Assembly: GCA_964016885.1 (NCBI GenBank)
Contig: OZ024749.1
Coordinates: forward strand, 26,040,001 to 26,104,000
DNA length: 64,000 nucleotides
Direction of reading: 5' to 3'
Source: Eledone cirrhosa
Taxonomy: Eukaryota
Below are positions 1-18,000 of the stretch, one piece after another. Under the pieces are notes generated by a model. The model was given only the letters and a program-made list of their open reading frames with translations. It was not told the DNA's origin and ran no database searches. Each line of letters opens with the position of its first letter. Position 1 is the first letter of the stretch. The translations under genes and the position numbers were made by a program.

Positions 1-3000
1 CATCACCATCAATAGAACCAACACCATCTCCACCATCAGTGTTAACACTAACACCACCATCATCACCATCAATAGAACCAACACCATCACCACCATCAGT
101 GTTAACACTAAGACCACCATCACCACCACCAGTGTTAACACTAAGACCACCATCATCACCATCAATAGAACCAACACCATCACCACCACCAGTGTTAACA
201 CTAACACCACCATCATCACCATCAATAGAACCAACACCATCACCACCATCAGTGTTAACACTAAGACCCCCATCATCACCATCAATAGAACCAACACCAT
301 CACCACCACCAGTGTTAACACTAAGACCATCATCATCACCATCAATAGAACCAACACCAGCACCATCATCAGTGTTAACACTAAGACTACCATCATCACC
401 ATCAATAGAACCAACACCATCACCACCACCAGTGTGAACACTAAGACCACCATCATCACCATCAATAGAACCAACACCATCACCACCATCAGTGTTAACA
501 CTAAGACCACCATCATCACCATCAATAGAACCAACACCATCACCACCACCAGTGTTAACACATGACCCCCATCATCACCATCAATAGAACCAACACCATC
601 ACCACCATCAGTGTTAACACTAAGACCACCATCATCACCATCAATAGAACCAACACCATCACCACCACCAGTGTTAACACTAAGACCACCATCATCACCA
701 TCAATAGAACCAACACCATCACCACCACCAGTGTTAACACTAAGACCACCATCATCACCATCAATAGAACCAACACCATCACCACCATCAGTGTTAACAC
801 TAAGACCACCATCATCACCATCAATAGAACCAACACCATCACCACCACCAGTGTTAACACTAAGACCACCATCATCACCATCAATAGAACCAACACCATC
901 ACCACCACCAGTGTTAACACTAAGACCACCATCATCACCATCAATAGAACCAACACCATCACCACCATCAGTGTTAACACTAAGACCACCATCATCACCA
1001 TCAATAGAACCAACACCATCACCACCACCAGTGTTAACACTAAGACCACCATCATCACCATCAATAGAACCAACACCATCACCACCATCAGTGTTAACAC
1101 TAAGACCCCCATCATCACCATCAATAGAACCAACACCATCACCACCACCAGTGTTAACACTAAGACCACCATCATCACCATCAATAGAACCAACACCATC
1201 ACCACCATCAGTGTTAACACTATCACCACCATCATCACCATCATTAGAACCAACACCATCACCACCACCAGTGTTAACACTAAGACCATCATCATCACCA
1301 TCATTAGAACCAACACCATCACCACCACCAGTGTTAACACTAAGACCATCATCATCACCATCAATAGAACCAACACCATCACCACCATCAGTGGTAACAC
1401 TAACACCACCATCATCACCATCAATAGAACCAACACCATCACCACCATCAGTGTTAACACTAAGACCACCATCATCACCATCAATAGAACCAACACCATC
1501 ACCACCATCAGTGTTAACACTAAGACCACCATCATCACCATCATTAGAACCAACACCATCACCACCATCAGTGTTAACACTAAGCCCACCATCATCACCA
1601 TCAATAGAACCAACACCATCACCACCATCACTGTTAACACTAACACCACCATCATCACCATCATTAGAACCAACACCATCACCACCATCAGTGTTAACAC
1701 TAAGACCACCATCATCACCATCAATAGAACCAACACCATCACCACCATCACTGTTAACACCAACACCACCATCATCACCATCATTAGAACCAACACCATC
1801 ACCACCACCAGTGTTAACACTAAGACTACCATCATCACCATCAATAGAACCAACACCATCACCACCATCAGTGTTAACACTAACACCACCATCATCACCA
1901 TCATTAGAACCAACACCATCACCACCATCACTGTTAACACTAACACCACCATCATCACCATCAATAGAACCAACACCATCACCACCATCAGTGTTAACAC
2001 TAAGACCACCATCATCACCATCATTAGAACCAACACCATCACCACCATCAGTGTTAACACTAAGACCACCATCGTCACCATCAATAGAACCAACACCATC
2101 ACCACCATCAGTGTTAACACTAAGACCACCATCATCACCATCAATAGAACCAACACCATCACCACCATCACTGTTAACACTAAGACCACCATCATCACCA
2201 TCATTAGAACCAACACCATCACCACCATCAGTGTTAACACTAAGACCACCATCATCACCATCAATAGAACCAACACCATCACCACCATCACTGTTAACAC
2301 TAAGACCACCATCATCACCATCATTAGAACCAACACCATCACCACCATCAGTGTTAACACTAAGACCACCATCATCACCATCAATAGAACCAACACCATC
2401 ACCACCACCAGTGTTAACACTAAGACCACCATCATCACCATCAATAGAATCAACACCATCACCACCATCAGTGTTAACACTAAGACCACCATCATCACCA
2501 TCAATAGAACCAACACCATCACCACCACCAGTGTTAACACTAAGACCACCATCATCACCATCAATAGAACCAACACCATCACCACCACCAGTGTTAACAC
2601 TAAGACCACCATCATCACCATCAATAGAACCAACACCATCACCACCATCAGTGTTAACACTAAGACCACCATCATCACCATCAATAGAACCAACACCATC
2701 ACCACCACCAGTGTTAACACTAAGACCACCATCATCACCATCAATAGAACCAACACCATCACCACCATCAGTGTTAACACTAAGACCCCCATCATCACCA
2801 TCAATAGAACCAACACCATCACCACCACCAGTGTTAACACTAAGACCACCATCATCACCATCAATAGAACCAACACCATCACCACCATCAGTGTTAACAC
2901 TATCACCACCATCATCACCATCATTAGAACCAACACCATCACCACCACCAGTGTTAACACTAAGACCATCATCATCACCATCATTAGAACCAACACCATC

Positions 3001-6000
3001 ACCACCACCAGTGTTAACACTAAGACCATCATCATCACCATCAATAGAACCAACACCATCACCACCATCAGTGGTAACACTAACACCACCATCATCACCA
3101 TCAATAGAACCAACACCATCACCACCATCAGTGTTAACACTAAGACCACCATCATCACCATCAATAGAACCAACACCATCACCACCATCAGTGTTAACAC
3201 TAAGACCACCATCATCACCATCATTAGAACCAACACCATCACCACCATCAGTGTTAACACTAAGACCACCATCATCACCATCAATAGAACCAACACCATC
3301 ACCACCATCACTGTTAACACTAACACCACCATCATCACCATCATTAGAACCAACACCATCACCACCATCAGTGTTAACACTAAGACCACCATCATCACCA
3401 TCAATAGAACCAACACCATCACCACCATCACTGTTAACACTAACACCTCCATCATCACCATCATTAGAACCAACACCATCACCACCACCAGTGTTAACAC
3501 TAAGACTACCATCATCACCATCAATAGAACCAACACCATCACCACCATCAGTGTTAACACTAACACCACCATCATCACCATCATTAGAACCAACACCATC
3601 ACCACCATCACTGTTAACACTAACACCACCATCATCACCATCAATAGAACCAACACCATCACCACCATCAGTGTTAACACTAAGACCACCATCATCACCA
3701 TCATTAGAACCAACACCATCACCACCATCAGTGTTAACACTAAGACCACCATCGTCACCATCAATAGAACCAACACCATCACCACCATCAGTGTTAACAC
3801 TAAGACCACCATCATCACCATCAATAGAACCAACACCATCACCACCATCAGTGGTAACACTAACACCACCATCATCACCATCAATAGAACCAACACCATC
3901 ACCACCATCAGTGTTAACACTAAGACCACCATCATCACCATCAATAGAACCAACACCATCACCACCATCAGTGTTAACACTAAGACCACCATCATCACCA
4001 TCATTAGAACCAACACCATCACCACCATCAGTGTTAACACTAAGACCACCATCATCACCATCAATAGAACCAACACCATCACCACCATCACTGTTAACAC
4101 TAACACCACCATCATCACCATCATTAGAACCAACACCATCACCACCATCAGTGTTAACACTAAGACCACCATCATCACCATCAATAGAACCAACACCATC
4201 ACCACCATCACTGTTAACACTAACACCACCATCATCACCATCAATAGAACCAACACCATCACCACCACCAGTGTTAACACTAACACCACCATCATCACCA
4301 TCAATAGAACCAACACCATCACCACCATCAGTGTTAACACTAAGACCCCCATCATCACCATCACTAGAACCAACACCATCACCACCACCAGTGTTAACAC
4401 TAAGACCATCATCATCACCATCAATAGAACCAACACCAACACCATCATCAGTGTTAACACTAAGACTACCATCATCACCATCAATAGAACCAACACCATC
4501 ACCACCACCAGTGTTAACACTAAGACCACCATCATCACCATCAATAGAACCAACACCATCACCACCATCAGTGTTAACACTAAGACCACCATCATCACCA
4601 TCAATAGAACCAACACCATCACCACCACCAGTGTTAACACTAAGACCCCCATCATCACCATCAATAGAACCAACACCATCACCACCATCAGTGTTAACAC
4701 TAAGACCACCATCATCACCATCAATAGAACCAACACCATCACCACCAGCAGTGTTAACACTAAGACCACCATCATCACCATCAATAGAACCAACACCATC
4801 ACCACCACCAGTGTTAACACTAAGACCACCATCATCACCATCAATAGAACCAACACCATCACCTCCATCAGTGTTAACACTAAGACCACCATCATCACCA
4901 TCAATAGAACCAACACCATCACCACCACCAGTGTTAACACTAAGACCACCATCATCACCATCAATAGAACCAACACCATCACCACCACCAGTGTTAACAC
5001 TAACACCACCATCATCACCATCAATAGAACCAACACCATCACCACCATCAGTGTTAACACTAAGACCACCATCATCACCATCAATAGAACCAACACCATC
5101 ACCACCATCAGAGTTAACACTAAGACCATCATCATCACCATCAATAGAACCAACACCATCACCACCATCAGAGTTAACACTAAGACCACCATCATCACCA
5201 TCAATAGAACCAACACCATCTCCACCATCAGTGTTAACACTAACACCACCATCATCACCATCAATAGAACCAACACCATCACCACCATCAGTGTTAACAC
5301 TAAGACCACCATCACCACCACCAGTGTTAACACTAAGACCACCATCATCACCATCAATAGAACCAACACCATCACCACCACCAGTGTTAACACTAACACC
5401 ACCATCATCACCATCAATAGAACCAACACCATCACCACCATCAGTGTTAACACTAAGACCCCCATCATCACCATCAATAGAACCAACACCATCACCACCA
5501 CCAGTGTTAACACTAAGACCATCATCATCACCATCAATAGAACCAACACCAGCACCATCATCAGTGTTAACACTAAGACTACCATCATCACCATCAATAG
5601 AACCAACACCATCACCACCACCAGTGTTAACACTAAGACCACCATCATCACCATCAATAGAACCAACACCATCACCACCATCAGTGTTAACACTAAGACC
5701 ACCATCATCACCATCAATAGAACCAACACCATCACCACCACCAGTGTTAACACTAAGACCCCCATCATCACCATCAATAGAACCAACACCATCACCACCA
5801 TCAGTGTTAACACTAAGACCACCATCATCACCATCAATAGAACCAACACCATCACCACCACCAGTGTTAACACTAAGACCACCATCATCACCATCAATAG
5901 AACCAACACCATCACCACCACCAGTGTTAACACTAAGACCACCATCATCACCATCAATAGAACCAACACCATCACCACCATCAGTGTTAACACTAAGACC

Positions 6001-9000
6001 ACCATCATCACCATCAATAGAACCAACACCATCACCACCACCAGTGTTAACACTAAGACCCCCATCATCACCATCAATAGAACCAACACCATCACCACCA
6101 TCAGTGTTAACACTAAGACCACCATCATCACCATCAATAGAACCAACACCATCACCACCATCACTGTTAACACTAACACCACCATCATCACCATCAATAG
6201 AACCAACACCATCACCACCATCAGTGTTAACACTAAGACCACCATCATCACCGTCATTAGAACCAACACCATCACCACCATCAGTGTTAACACTAAGACC
6301 ACCATCATCACCATCAATAGAACCAACACCATCACCACCACCAGTGTTAACACTAAGACCCCCATCATCACCATCAATAGAACCAACACCATCACCACCA
6401 TCAGTGTTAACACTAAGACCACCATCATCACCATCAATAGAACCAACACCATCACCACCATCACTGTTAACACTAACACCACCATCATCACCATCATTAG
6501 AACCAACACCATCACCACCATCAGTGTTAACACTAAGACCACCATCATCACCATCAATAGAACCAACACCATCACCACCATCACTGTTAACACTAACACC
6601 TCCATCATCACCATCATTAGAACCAACACCATCACCACCACCAGTGTTAACACTAAGACTACCATCATCACCATCAATAGAACCAACACCATCACCACCA
6701 TCAGTGTTAACACTAACACCACCATCATCACCATCATTAGAACCAACACCATCACCACCATCACTGTTAACACTAACACCACCATCATCACCATCAATAG
6801 AACCAACACCATCACCACCATCAGTGTTAACACTAAGACCACCATCATCACCATCATTAGAACCAACACCATCACCACCATCAGTGTTAACACTAAGACC
6901 ACCATCGTCACCATCAATAGAACCAACACCATCACCACCATCAGTGTTAACACTAAGACCACCATCATCACCATCAATAGAACCAACACCATCACCACCA
7001 TCAGTGGTAACACTAACACCACCATCATCACCATCAATAGAACCAACACCATCACCACCATCAGTGTTAACACTAAGACCACCATCATCACCATCAATAG
7101 AACCAACACCATCACCACCATCAGTGTTAACACTAAGACCACCATCATCACCATCATTAGAACCAACACCATCACCACCATCAGTGTTAACACTAAGACC
7201 ACCATCATCACCATCAATAGAACCAACACCATCACCACCATCACTGTTAACACTAACACCACCATCATCACCATCATTAGAACCAACACCATCACCACCA
7301 TCAGTGTTAACACTAAGACCACCATCATCACCATCAATAGAACCAACACCATCACCACCATCACTGTTAACACTAACACCACTATCATCACCATCAATAG
7401 AACCAACACCATCACCACCACCAGTGTTAACACTAACACCACCATCATCACCATCAATAGAACCAACACCATCACCACCATCAGTGTTAACACTAAGACC
7501 CCCATCATCACCATCAATAGAACCAACACCATCACCACCACCAGTGTTAACACTAAGACCATCATCATCACCATCAATAGAACCAACACCAACACCATCA
7601 TCAGTGTTAACACTAAGACTACCATCATCACCATCAATAGAACCAACACCATCACCACCACCAGTGTTAACACTAAGACCACCATCATCACCATCAATAG
7701 AACCAACACCATCACCACCATCAGTGTTAACACTAAGACCACCATCATCACCATCAATAGAACCAACACCATCACCACCACCAGTGTTAACACTAAGACC
7801 CCCATCATCACCATCAATAGAACCAACACCATCACCACCATCAGTGTTAACACTAAGACCACCATCATCACCATCAATAGAACCAACACCATCACCACCA
7901 CCAGTGTTAACACTAAGACCACCATCATCACCATCAATAGAACCAACACCATCACCACCACCAGTGTTAACACTAAGACCACCATCATCACCATCAATAG
8001 AACCAACACCATCACCACCATCAGTGTTAACACTAAGACCACCATCATCACCATCAATAGAACCAACACCATCACCACCACCAGTGTTAACACTAAGACC
8101 ACCATCATCACCATCAATAGAACCAACACCATCACCACCACCAGTGTTAACACTAAGACCACCATCATCACCATCAATAGAACCAACACCATCACCACCA
8201 TCAGTGTTAACACTAAGACCACCATCATCACCATCAATAGAACCAACACCATCACCACCATCAGAGTTAACACTAAGACCATCATCATCACCATCAATAG
8301 AACCAACACCATCACCACCATCAGAGTTAACACTAAGACCACCATCATCACCATCAATAGAACCAACACCATCTCCACCATCAGTGTTAACACTAACACC
8401 ACCATCATCACCATCAATAGAACCAACACCATCACCACCATCAGTGTTAACACTAAGACCACCATCACCACCACCAGTGTTAACACTAAGACCACCATCA
8501 TCACCATCAATAGAACCAACACCATCACCACCACCAGTGTTAACACTAACACCACCATCATCACCATCAATAGAACCAACACCATCACCACCATCAGTGT
8601 TAACACTAAGACCCCCATCATCACCATCAATAGAACCAACACCATCACCACCACCAGTGTTAACACTAAGACCATCATCATCACCATCAATAGAACCAAC
8701 ACCAGCACCATCATCAGTGTTAACACTAAGACTACCATCATCACCATCAATAGAACCAACACCATCACCACCACCAGTGTTAACACTAAGACCACCATCA
8801 TCACCATCAATAGAACCAACACCATCACCACCATCAGTGTTAACACTAAGACCACCATCATCACCATCAATAGAACCAACACCATCACCACCACCAGTGT
8901 TAACACTAAGACCCCCATCATCACCATCAATAGAACCAACACCATCACCACCATCAGTGTTAACACTAAGACCACCATCATCACCATCAATAGAACCAAC

Positions 9001-12000
9001 ACCATCACCACCACCAGTGTTAACACTAAGACCACCATCATCACCATCAATAGAACCAACACCATCACCACCACCAGTGTTAACACTAAGACCACCATCA
9101 TCACCATCAATAGAACCAACACCATCACCACCATCAGTGTTAACACTAAGACCACCATCATCACCATCAATAGAACCAACACCATCACCACCACCAGTGT
9201 TAACACTAAGACCACCATCATCACCATCAATAGAACCAACACCATCACCACCACCAGTGTTAACACTAAGACCACCATCATCACCATCAATAGAACCAAC
9301 ACCATCACCACCATCAGTGTTAACACTAAGACCACCATCATCACCATCAATAGAACCAACACCATCACCACCACCAGTGTTAACACTAAGACCACCATCA
9401 TCACCATCAATAGAACCAACACCATCACCACCATCAGTGTTAACACTAAGACCCCCATCATCACCATCAATAGAACCAACACCATCACCACCACCAGTGT
9501 TAACACTAAGACCACCATCATCACCATCAATAGAACCAACACCATCACCACCATCAGTGTTAACACTATCACCACCATCATCACCATCATTAGAACCAAC
9601 ACCATCACCACCACCAGTGTTAACACTAAGACCATCATCATCACCATCATTAGAACCAACACCATCACCACCACCAGTGTTAACACTAAGACCATCATCA
9701 TCACCATCAATAGAACCAACACCATCACCACCATCAGTGGTAACACTAACACCACCATCATCACCATCAATAGAACCAACACCATCACCACCATCAGTGT
9801 TAACACTAAGACCACCATCATCACCATCATTAGAACCAACACCATCACCACCATCAGTGTTAACACTAAGACCACCATCATCACCATCAATAGAACCAAC
9901 ACCATCACCACCATCACTGTTAACACTAACACCACCATCATCACCATCATTAGCACCAACACCATCACCACCATCAGTGTTAACACTAAGACCACCATCA
10001 TCACCATCAATAGAACCAACACCATCACCACCATCACTGTTAACACTAACACCACCATCATCACCATCATTAGAACCAACACCATCACCACCACCAGTGT
10101 TAACACTAAGACTACCATCATCACCATCAATAGAACCAACACCATCACCACCATCAGTGTTAACACTAACACCACCATCATCACCATCATTAGAACCAAC
10201 ACCATCACCACCATCACTGTTAACACTAACACCACCATCATCACCATCAATAGAACCAACACCATCACCACCATCAGTGTTAACACTAAGACCACCATCA
10301 TCACCATCATTAGAACCAACACCATCACCACCATCAGTGTTAACACTAAGACCACCATCGTCACCATCAATAGAACCAACACCATCACCACCATCAGTGT
10401 TAACACTAAGACCACCATCATCACCATCAATAGAACCAACACCATCACCACCATCACTGTTAACACTAAGACCACCATCATCACCATCATTAGAACCAAC
10501 ACCATCACCACCATCAGTGTTAACACTAACACCACCATCATCACCATCAATAGAACCAACACCATCACCACCATCACTGTTAACACTAAGACCACCATCA
10601 TCACCATCATTAGAACCAACACCATCACCACCATCAGTGTTAACACTAAGACCACCATCATCACCATCAATAGAACCAACACCATCACCACCATCAGTGT
10701 TAACACTAAGACCACCATCATCACCATCATTAGAACCAACACCATCACCACCATCAGTGTTAACACTAAGACCACCATCATCACCATCAATAGAACCAAC
10801 ACCATCACCACCATCACTGTTAACACTAAGACCACCATCATCACCATCATTAGAACCAACACCATCACCACCATCAGTGTTAACACTAAGACCACCATCA
10901 TCACCATCAATAGAACCAACACCATCACCACCACCAGTGTTAACACTAAGACCACCATCATCACCATCAATAGAACCAACACCATCACCACCATCAGTGT
11001 TAACACTAAGACCACCATCATCACCATCAATAGAACCAACACCATCACCACCACCAGTGTTAACACTAAGACCACCATCATCACCATCAATAGAACCAAC
11101 ACCATCACCACCACCAGTGTTAACACTAAGACCACCATCATCACCATCAATAGAACCAACACCATCACCACCATCAGTGTTAACACTAAGACCACCATCA
11201 TCACCATCAATAGAACCAACACCATCACCACCACCAGTGTTAACACTAAGACCACCATCATCACCATCAATAGAACCAACACCATCACCACCACCAGTGT
11301 TAACACTAAGACCACCATCATCACCATCAATAGAACCAACACCATCACCACCATCAGTGTTAACACTATCACCACCATCATCACCATCACTAGAACCAAC
11401 ACCATCACCACCACCAGTGTTAACACTAAGACCATCATCATCACCATCATTAGAACCAACACCATCACCACCACCAGTGTTAACACTAAGACCATCATCA
11501 TCACCATCAATAGAACCAACACCATCACCACCATCAGTGGTAACACTAACACCACCATCATCACCATCAATAGAACCAACACCATCACCACCATCAGTGT
11601 TAACACTAAGACCACCATCATCACCATCAATAGAACCAACACCATCACCACCATCAGTGTTAACACTAAGACCACCATCATCACCATCATTAGAACCAAC
11701 ACCATCACCACCATCAGTGTTAACACTAAGACCACCATCATCACCATCAATAGAACCAACACCATCACCACCATCACTGTTAACACTAACACCACCATCA
11801 TCACCATCATTAGAACCAACACCATCACCACCATCAGTGTTAACACTAAGACCACCATCATCACCATCAATAGAACCAACACCATCACCACCATCACTGT
11901 TAACACTAACACCACCATCATCACCATCATTAGAACCAACACCATCACCACCACCAGTGTTAACACTAAGACTACCATCATCACCATCAATAGAACCAAC

Positions 12001-15000
12001 ACCATCACCAACATCAGTGTTAACACTAACACCACCATCATCACCATCATTAGAACCAACACCATCACCACCATCACTGTTAACACTAACACCACCATCA
12101 TCACCATCAATAGAACCAACACCATCACCACCATCAGTGTTAACACTAAGACCACCATCATCACCATCATTAGAACCAACACCATCACCACCATCAGTGT
12201 TAACACTAAGACCACCATCGTCACCATCAATAGAACCAACACCATCACCACCATCAGTGTTAACACTAAGACCACCATCATCACCATCAATAGAACCAAC
12301 ACCATCACCACCATCAGTGGTAACACTAACACCACCATCATCACCATCAATAGAACCAACACCATCACCACCATCAGTGTTAACACTAAGACCACCATCA
12401 TCACCATCAATAGAACCAACACCATCACCACCATTAGTGTTAACACTAAGACCACCATCATCACCATCATTAGAACCAACACCATCACCACCATCAGTGT
12501 TAACACTAAGACCACCATCATCACCATCAATAGAACCAACACCATCACCACCATCACTGTTAACACTAACACCACCATCATCACCATCATTAGAACCAAC
12601 ACCATCACCACCATCAGTGTTAACACTAAGACCACCATCATCACCATCAATAGAACCAACACCATCACCACCATCACTGTTAACACTAACACCACCATCA
12701 TCACCATCATTAGAACCAACACCATCACCACCACCAGTGTTAACACTAAGACTACCATCATCACCATCAATAGAACCAACACCATCACCACCATCAGTGT
12801 TAACACTAACACCACCATCATCACCATCATTAGAACCAACACCATCACCACAATCACTGTTAACACTAACACCACCATCATCACCATCAATAGAACCAAC
12901 ACCATCACCACCATCAGTGTTAACACTAAGACCACCATCATCACCATCATTAGAACCAACACCATCACCACCATCAGTGTTAACACTAAGACCACCATCG
13001 TCACCATCAATAGAACCAACACCATCACCACCATCAGTGTTAACACTAAGACCACCATCATCACCATCAATAGAACCAACACCATCACCACCATCACTGT
13101 TAACACTAAGACCACCATCATCACCATCATTAGAACCAACACCATCACCACCATCAGTGTTAACACTAAGACCACCATCATCACCATCAATAGAACCAAC
13201 ACCATCACCACCACCAGTGTTAACACTAAGACCACCATCATCACCATCAATAGAACCAACACCATCACCACCATCAGTGTTAACACTAAGACCACCATCA
13301 TCACCATCAATAGAACCAACACCATCACCACCACCAGTGTTAACACTAAGACCACCATCATCACCATCAATAGAACCAACACCATCACCACCACCAGTGT
13401 TAACACTAAGACCACCATCATCACCATCAATAGAACCAACACCATCACCACCATCAGTGTTAACACTAAGACCACCATCATCACCATCAATAGAACCAAC
13501 ACCATCACCACCACCAGTGTTAACACTAAGACCACCATCATCACCATCAATAGAACCAACACCATCACCACCATCAGTGTTAACTCTAAGACCCCCATCA
13601 TCACCATCAATAGAACCAACACCATCACCACCACCAGTGTTAACACTAAGACCACCATCATCACCATCAATAGAACCAACACCATCACCACCATCAGTGT
13701 TAACACTATCACCACCATCATCACCATCATTAGAACCAACACCATCACCACCACCAGTGTTAACACTAAGACCATCATCATCACCATCATTAGAACCAAC
13801 ACCATCACCACCACCAGTGTTAACACTAAGACCATCATCATCACCATCAATAGAACCAACACCATCACCACCACCAGTGTTAACACTAAGACTACCATCA
13901 TCACCATCAATAGAACCAACACCATCACCACCATCAGTGTTAACACTAACACCACCATCATCACCATCATTAGAACCAACACCATCACCACCATCACTGT
14001 TAACACTAACACCACCATCATCACCATCAATAGAACCAACACCATCACCACCATCAGTGTTAACACTAAGACCACCATCATCACCATCATTAGAACCAAC
14101 ACCATCACCACCATCAGTGTTAACACTAACACCACCATCATCACCATCAATAGAACCAACACCATCACCACCATCACTGTTAACACTAAGACCACCATCA
14201 TCACCATCATTAGAACCAACACCATCACCACCATCAGTGTTAACACTAAGACCACCATCATCACCATCATTAGAACCAACACCATCACCACCATCAGTGG
14301 TAACACTAAGACCACCATCATCACCATCAATAGAACCAACACCATCACCACCATCACTGTTAACACTAAGACCACCATTATCACCATCAATAGAACCAAC
14401 ACCATCACCACCATCAGTGTAAACACTAAGACCACCATCATCACCATCATTAGAACCAACACCATCACCACCATCAGTGGTAACACTAAGACCACCATCA
14501 TCACCATCATTAGAACCAACACCATCACCACCATCACTGTTAACACTAACACCTCCATCATCACCATCAATAGAACCAACACCATCACCACCATCACTGT
14601 TAACACTAACACCACCATCATCACCATCATTAGAACCAACACCATCACCACCATCAGTGTTAACACTAAGACAACCATCATCACCATCAATAGAACCAAC
14701 ACCATCACCACCATCAGTGTTAACACTAAGACCATCATCATCACTATCAATAGAACCAACACCATCACCACCATCAGTGTTAACACTAAGACCACCATCA
14801 TCACCATCATTAGAACCAACACCATCACCACCATCAGTGGTAACACTAAGACCACCATCATCACCATCATTAGAACCAACACCATCACCACCATCAGTGT
14901 TAACACTAAGACCACCATCATCACCATCATTAGAACCAACACCATCACCACCATCAGTGGTAACACTAAGACCACCATCATCACCAACAATAGAACCAAC

Positions 15001-18000
15001 ACCATCACCACCATCAGTGTTAACACTAAGACCATCATCATCACCATCATTAGAACCAACACCATCACCATCATCAGTGATAACACTAAGACCATCATCA
15101 TCACCAACAATAGAACCAACACCATCACCACCATCAGTGTTAACACTAAGACCACCATCATCACCATCAATAGAACCAACACCAACACCATCATCAGTGT
15201 TAACACTAAGACTACCATCATCACCATCATTAGAACCAACACCATCACCACCATCAGTGTTAACACTAAGACCACCATCATCACCATCATTAGAACCAAC
15301 ACCATCACCACCATCAGTGTTAACACTAAGACCACCGTCATCACCATCATTAGAACCAACACCATCACCACCATCAGTGTTAACACTAAGACCACCATCA
15401 TCACCATCAATAGAACCAACACCATCACCACCATCAGTGTTAACACTAAGACCACCATCATCACCATCAATAGAACCAACACTATCACCACCATCAGTGT
15501 TAACACTAAGACCATCATCATCACCATCAATAGAACCAACACCATCACCACCATCAGTGTTAACACAAACACCACCATCATCACCATCATTAGAACCAAC
15601 ACCATCACCACCATCAGTGTTAACACTAAGACCATCATCATCACCATCACTAGAACCAACACCATCACCACCATCAGTGTTAACACTAAGACCACCATCA
15701 TCACCATCATTAGAACCAACACCATCACCACCATCAGTGTTAACACTAAGACCATCATCATCACCATCATTAGAACCAACACCATCACCATCATCAGTGA
15801 TAACACTAAGACCATCATCATCACCAACAATAGAACCAACACCATCACCATCATCAGTGTTAACACTAAGACCACCATCATCACCATCATTAGAACCAAC
15901 ACCATCACCACCATCAGTGTTAACATTAAGACCACCATCATCACCATCATTAGAACCAACACCATCACCACCATCAGTGTTAACACTAAGACCACCATCA
16001 TCACCATCAATAGAACCAACACCATCACCATCATCAGTGTTAACACTAAGACCACCATCATCACCATCATTAGAACCAACACCATCACCACCATCAGTGT
16101 TAACACTAAGACCACCATCATCACCATCAATAGAACCAACACCATCACCATCATCAGTGTTAACACTAAGACCACCATCATCACCATCATTAGAACCAAC
16201 ACCATCTCCACCATCAGTGTTAACACTAAGACCACCATCATCACCATCAGTGTTAACACTAAGACCACCATCATCACCATCAATAGAACCAACACCATCA
16301 CCACCATCAGTGTTAACACTAAGACCACCATCATCACCATCAATAGAACCAACACCATCTCCACCATCAGTGTTAACACTAAGACCACCATCATCACCAT
16401 CAATAGAACCAACACCAACACCATCATCAGTGTTAACACTAAGACCACCATCATCACCATCAGTGTTAACACTAAGACCATCATCATCACCATCAATAGA
16501 ACCAACACCAACACCATCATCAGTGTTAACACTAAGACTACCATCATCACCATCAGTGTTAACACTAAGACCACCATCATCACCATCAGTGTTAACACTA
16601 AGACCATCATCATCACCATCAATAGAACCAACACCAACACCATCATCAGTGTTAACACTAAGACCACCATCACCACCACCAGTGTTAACACTAAGACCAC
16701 CATCATCACCATCAATAGAACCAACACCATCACCACCACCAGTGTTAACACTAAGACCCCCATCATCACCATCATTAGAACCAACACCATCACCACCATC
16801 AGTGTTAACACTAAGTCCACCATCATCACCAGCAATAGAACCAACACCATCACCACCATCAGTGGTAACACTAAGACCACCATCATCACCATCATTAGAA
16901 CCAACACCATCACCACCATCAGTGTTAACACTAAGACCATCATCATCACCATCATTAGAACCAACACCATCACCACCATCAGTGGTAACACTAAGACCAC
17001 CAACATCACCATCAATAGAACCAACACCATCACCACCATCAGTGTAAACACTAAGACCACCATCATCACCATCATTAGAACCAACACCATCACCACCATC
17101 AGTGTTAACACTAAGACCACCATCATCACCATCAATAGAACCAACACCATCACCACCATCACTGTTAACACTAACACCACCATCATCACCATCATTAGAA
17201 CCAACACCATCACCACCATCAGTGTTAACACTAAGACCACCATCATCACCATCAATAGAACCAACACCATCACCACCATCACTGTTAACACTAACACCAC
17301 CATCATCACCATCATTAGAACCAACACCATCACCACCACCAGTGTTAACACTAAGACTACCATCATCACCATCAATAGAACCAACACCATCACCACCATC
17401 AGTGTTAACACTAACACCACCATCATCACCATCATTAGAACCAACACCATCACCACCATCACTGTTAACACTAACACCACCATCATCACCATCAATAGAA
17501 CCAACACCATCACCACCATCAGTGTTAACACTAAGACCACCATCATCACCATCATTAGAACCAACACCATCACCACCATCAGTGTTAACACTAACACCAC
17601 CATCATCACCATCAATAGAACCAACACCATCACCACCATCACTGTTAACACTAAGACCACCATCATCACCATCATTAGAACCAACACCATCACCACCATC
17701 AGTGTTAACACTAAGACCACCATCATCACCATCATTAGAACCAACACCATCACCACCATCAGTGTTAACACTAACACCACCATCATCACCATCAATAGAA
17801 CCAACACCATCACCACCATCACTGTTAACACTAAGACCACCATCATCACCATCATTAGAACCAACACCATCACCACCATCAGTGTTAACACTAAGACCAC
17901 CATCATCACCATCATTAGAACCAACACCATCACCACCATCTGTGTTAACACTAACACCACCATCATCACCATCAATAGAACCAACACCATCACCACCATC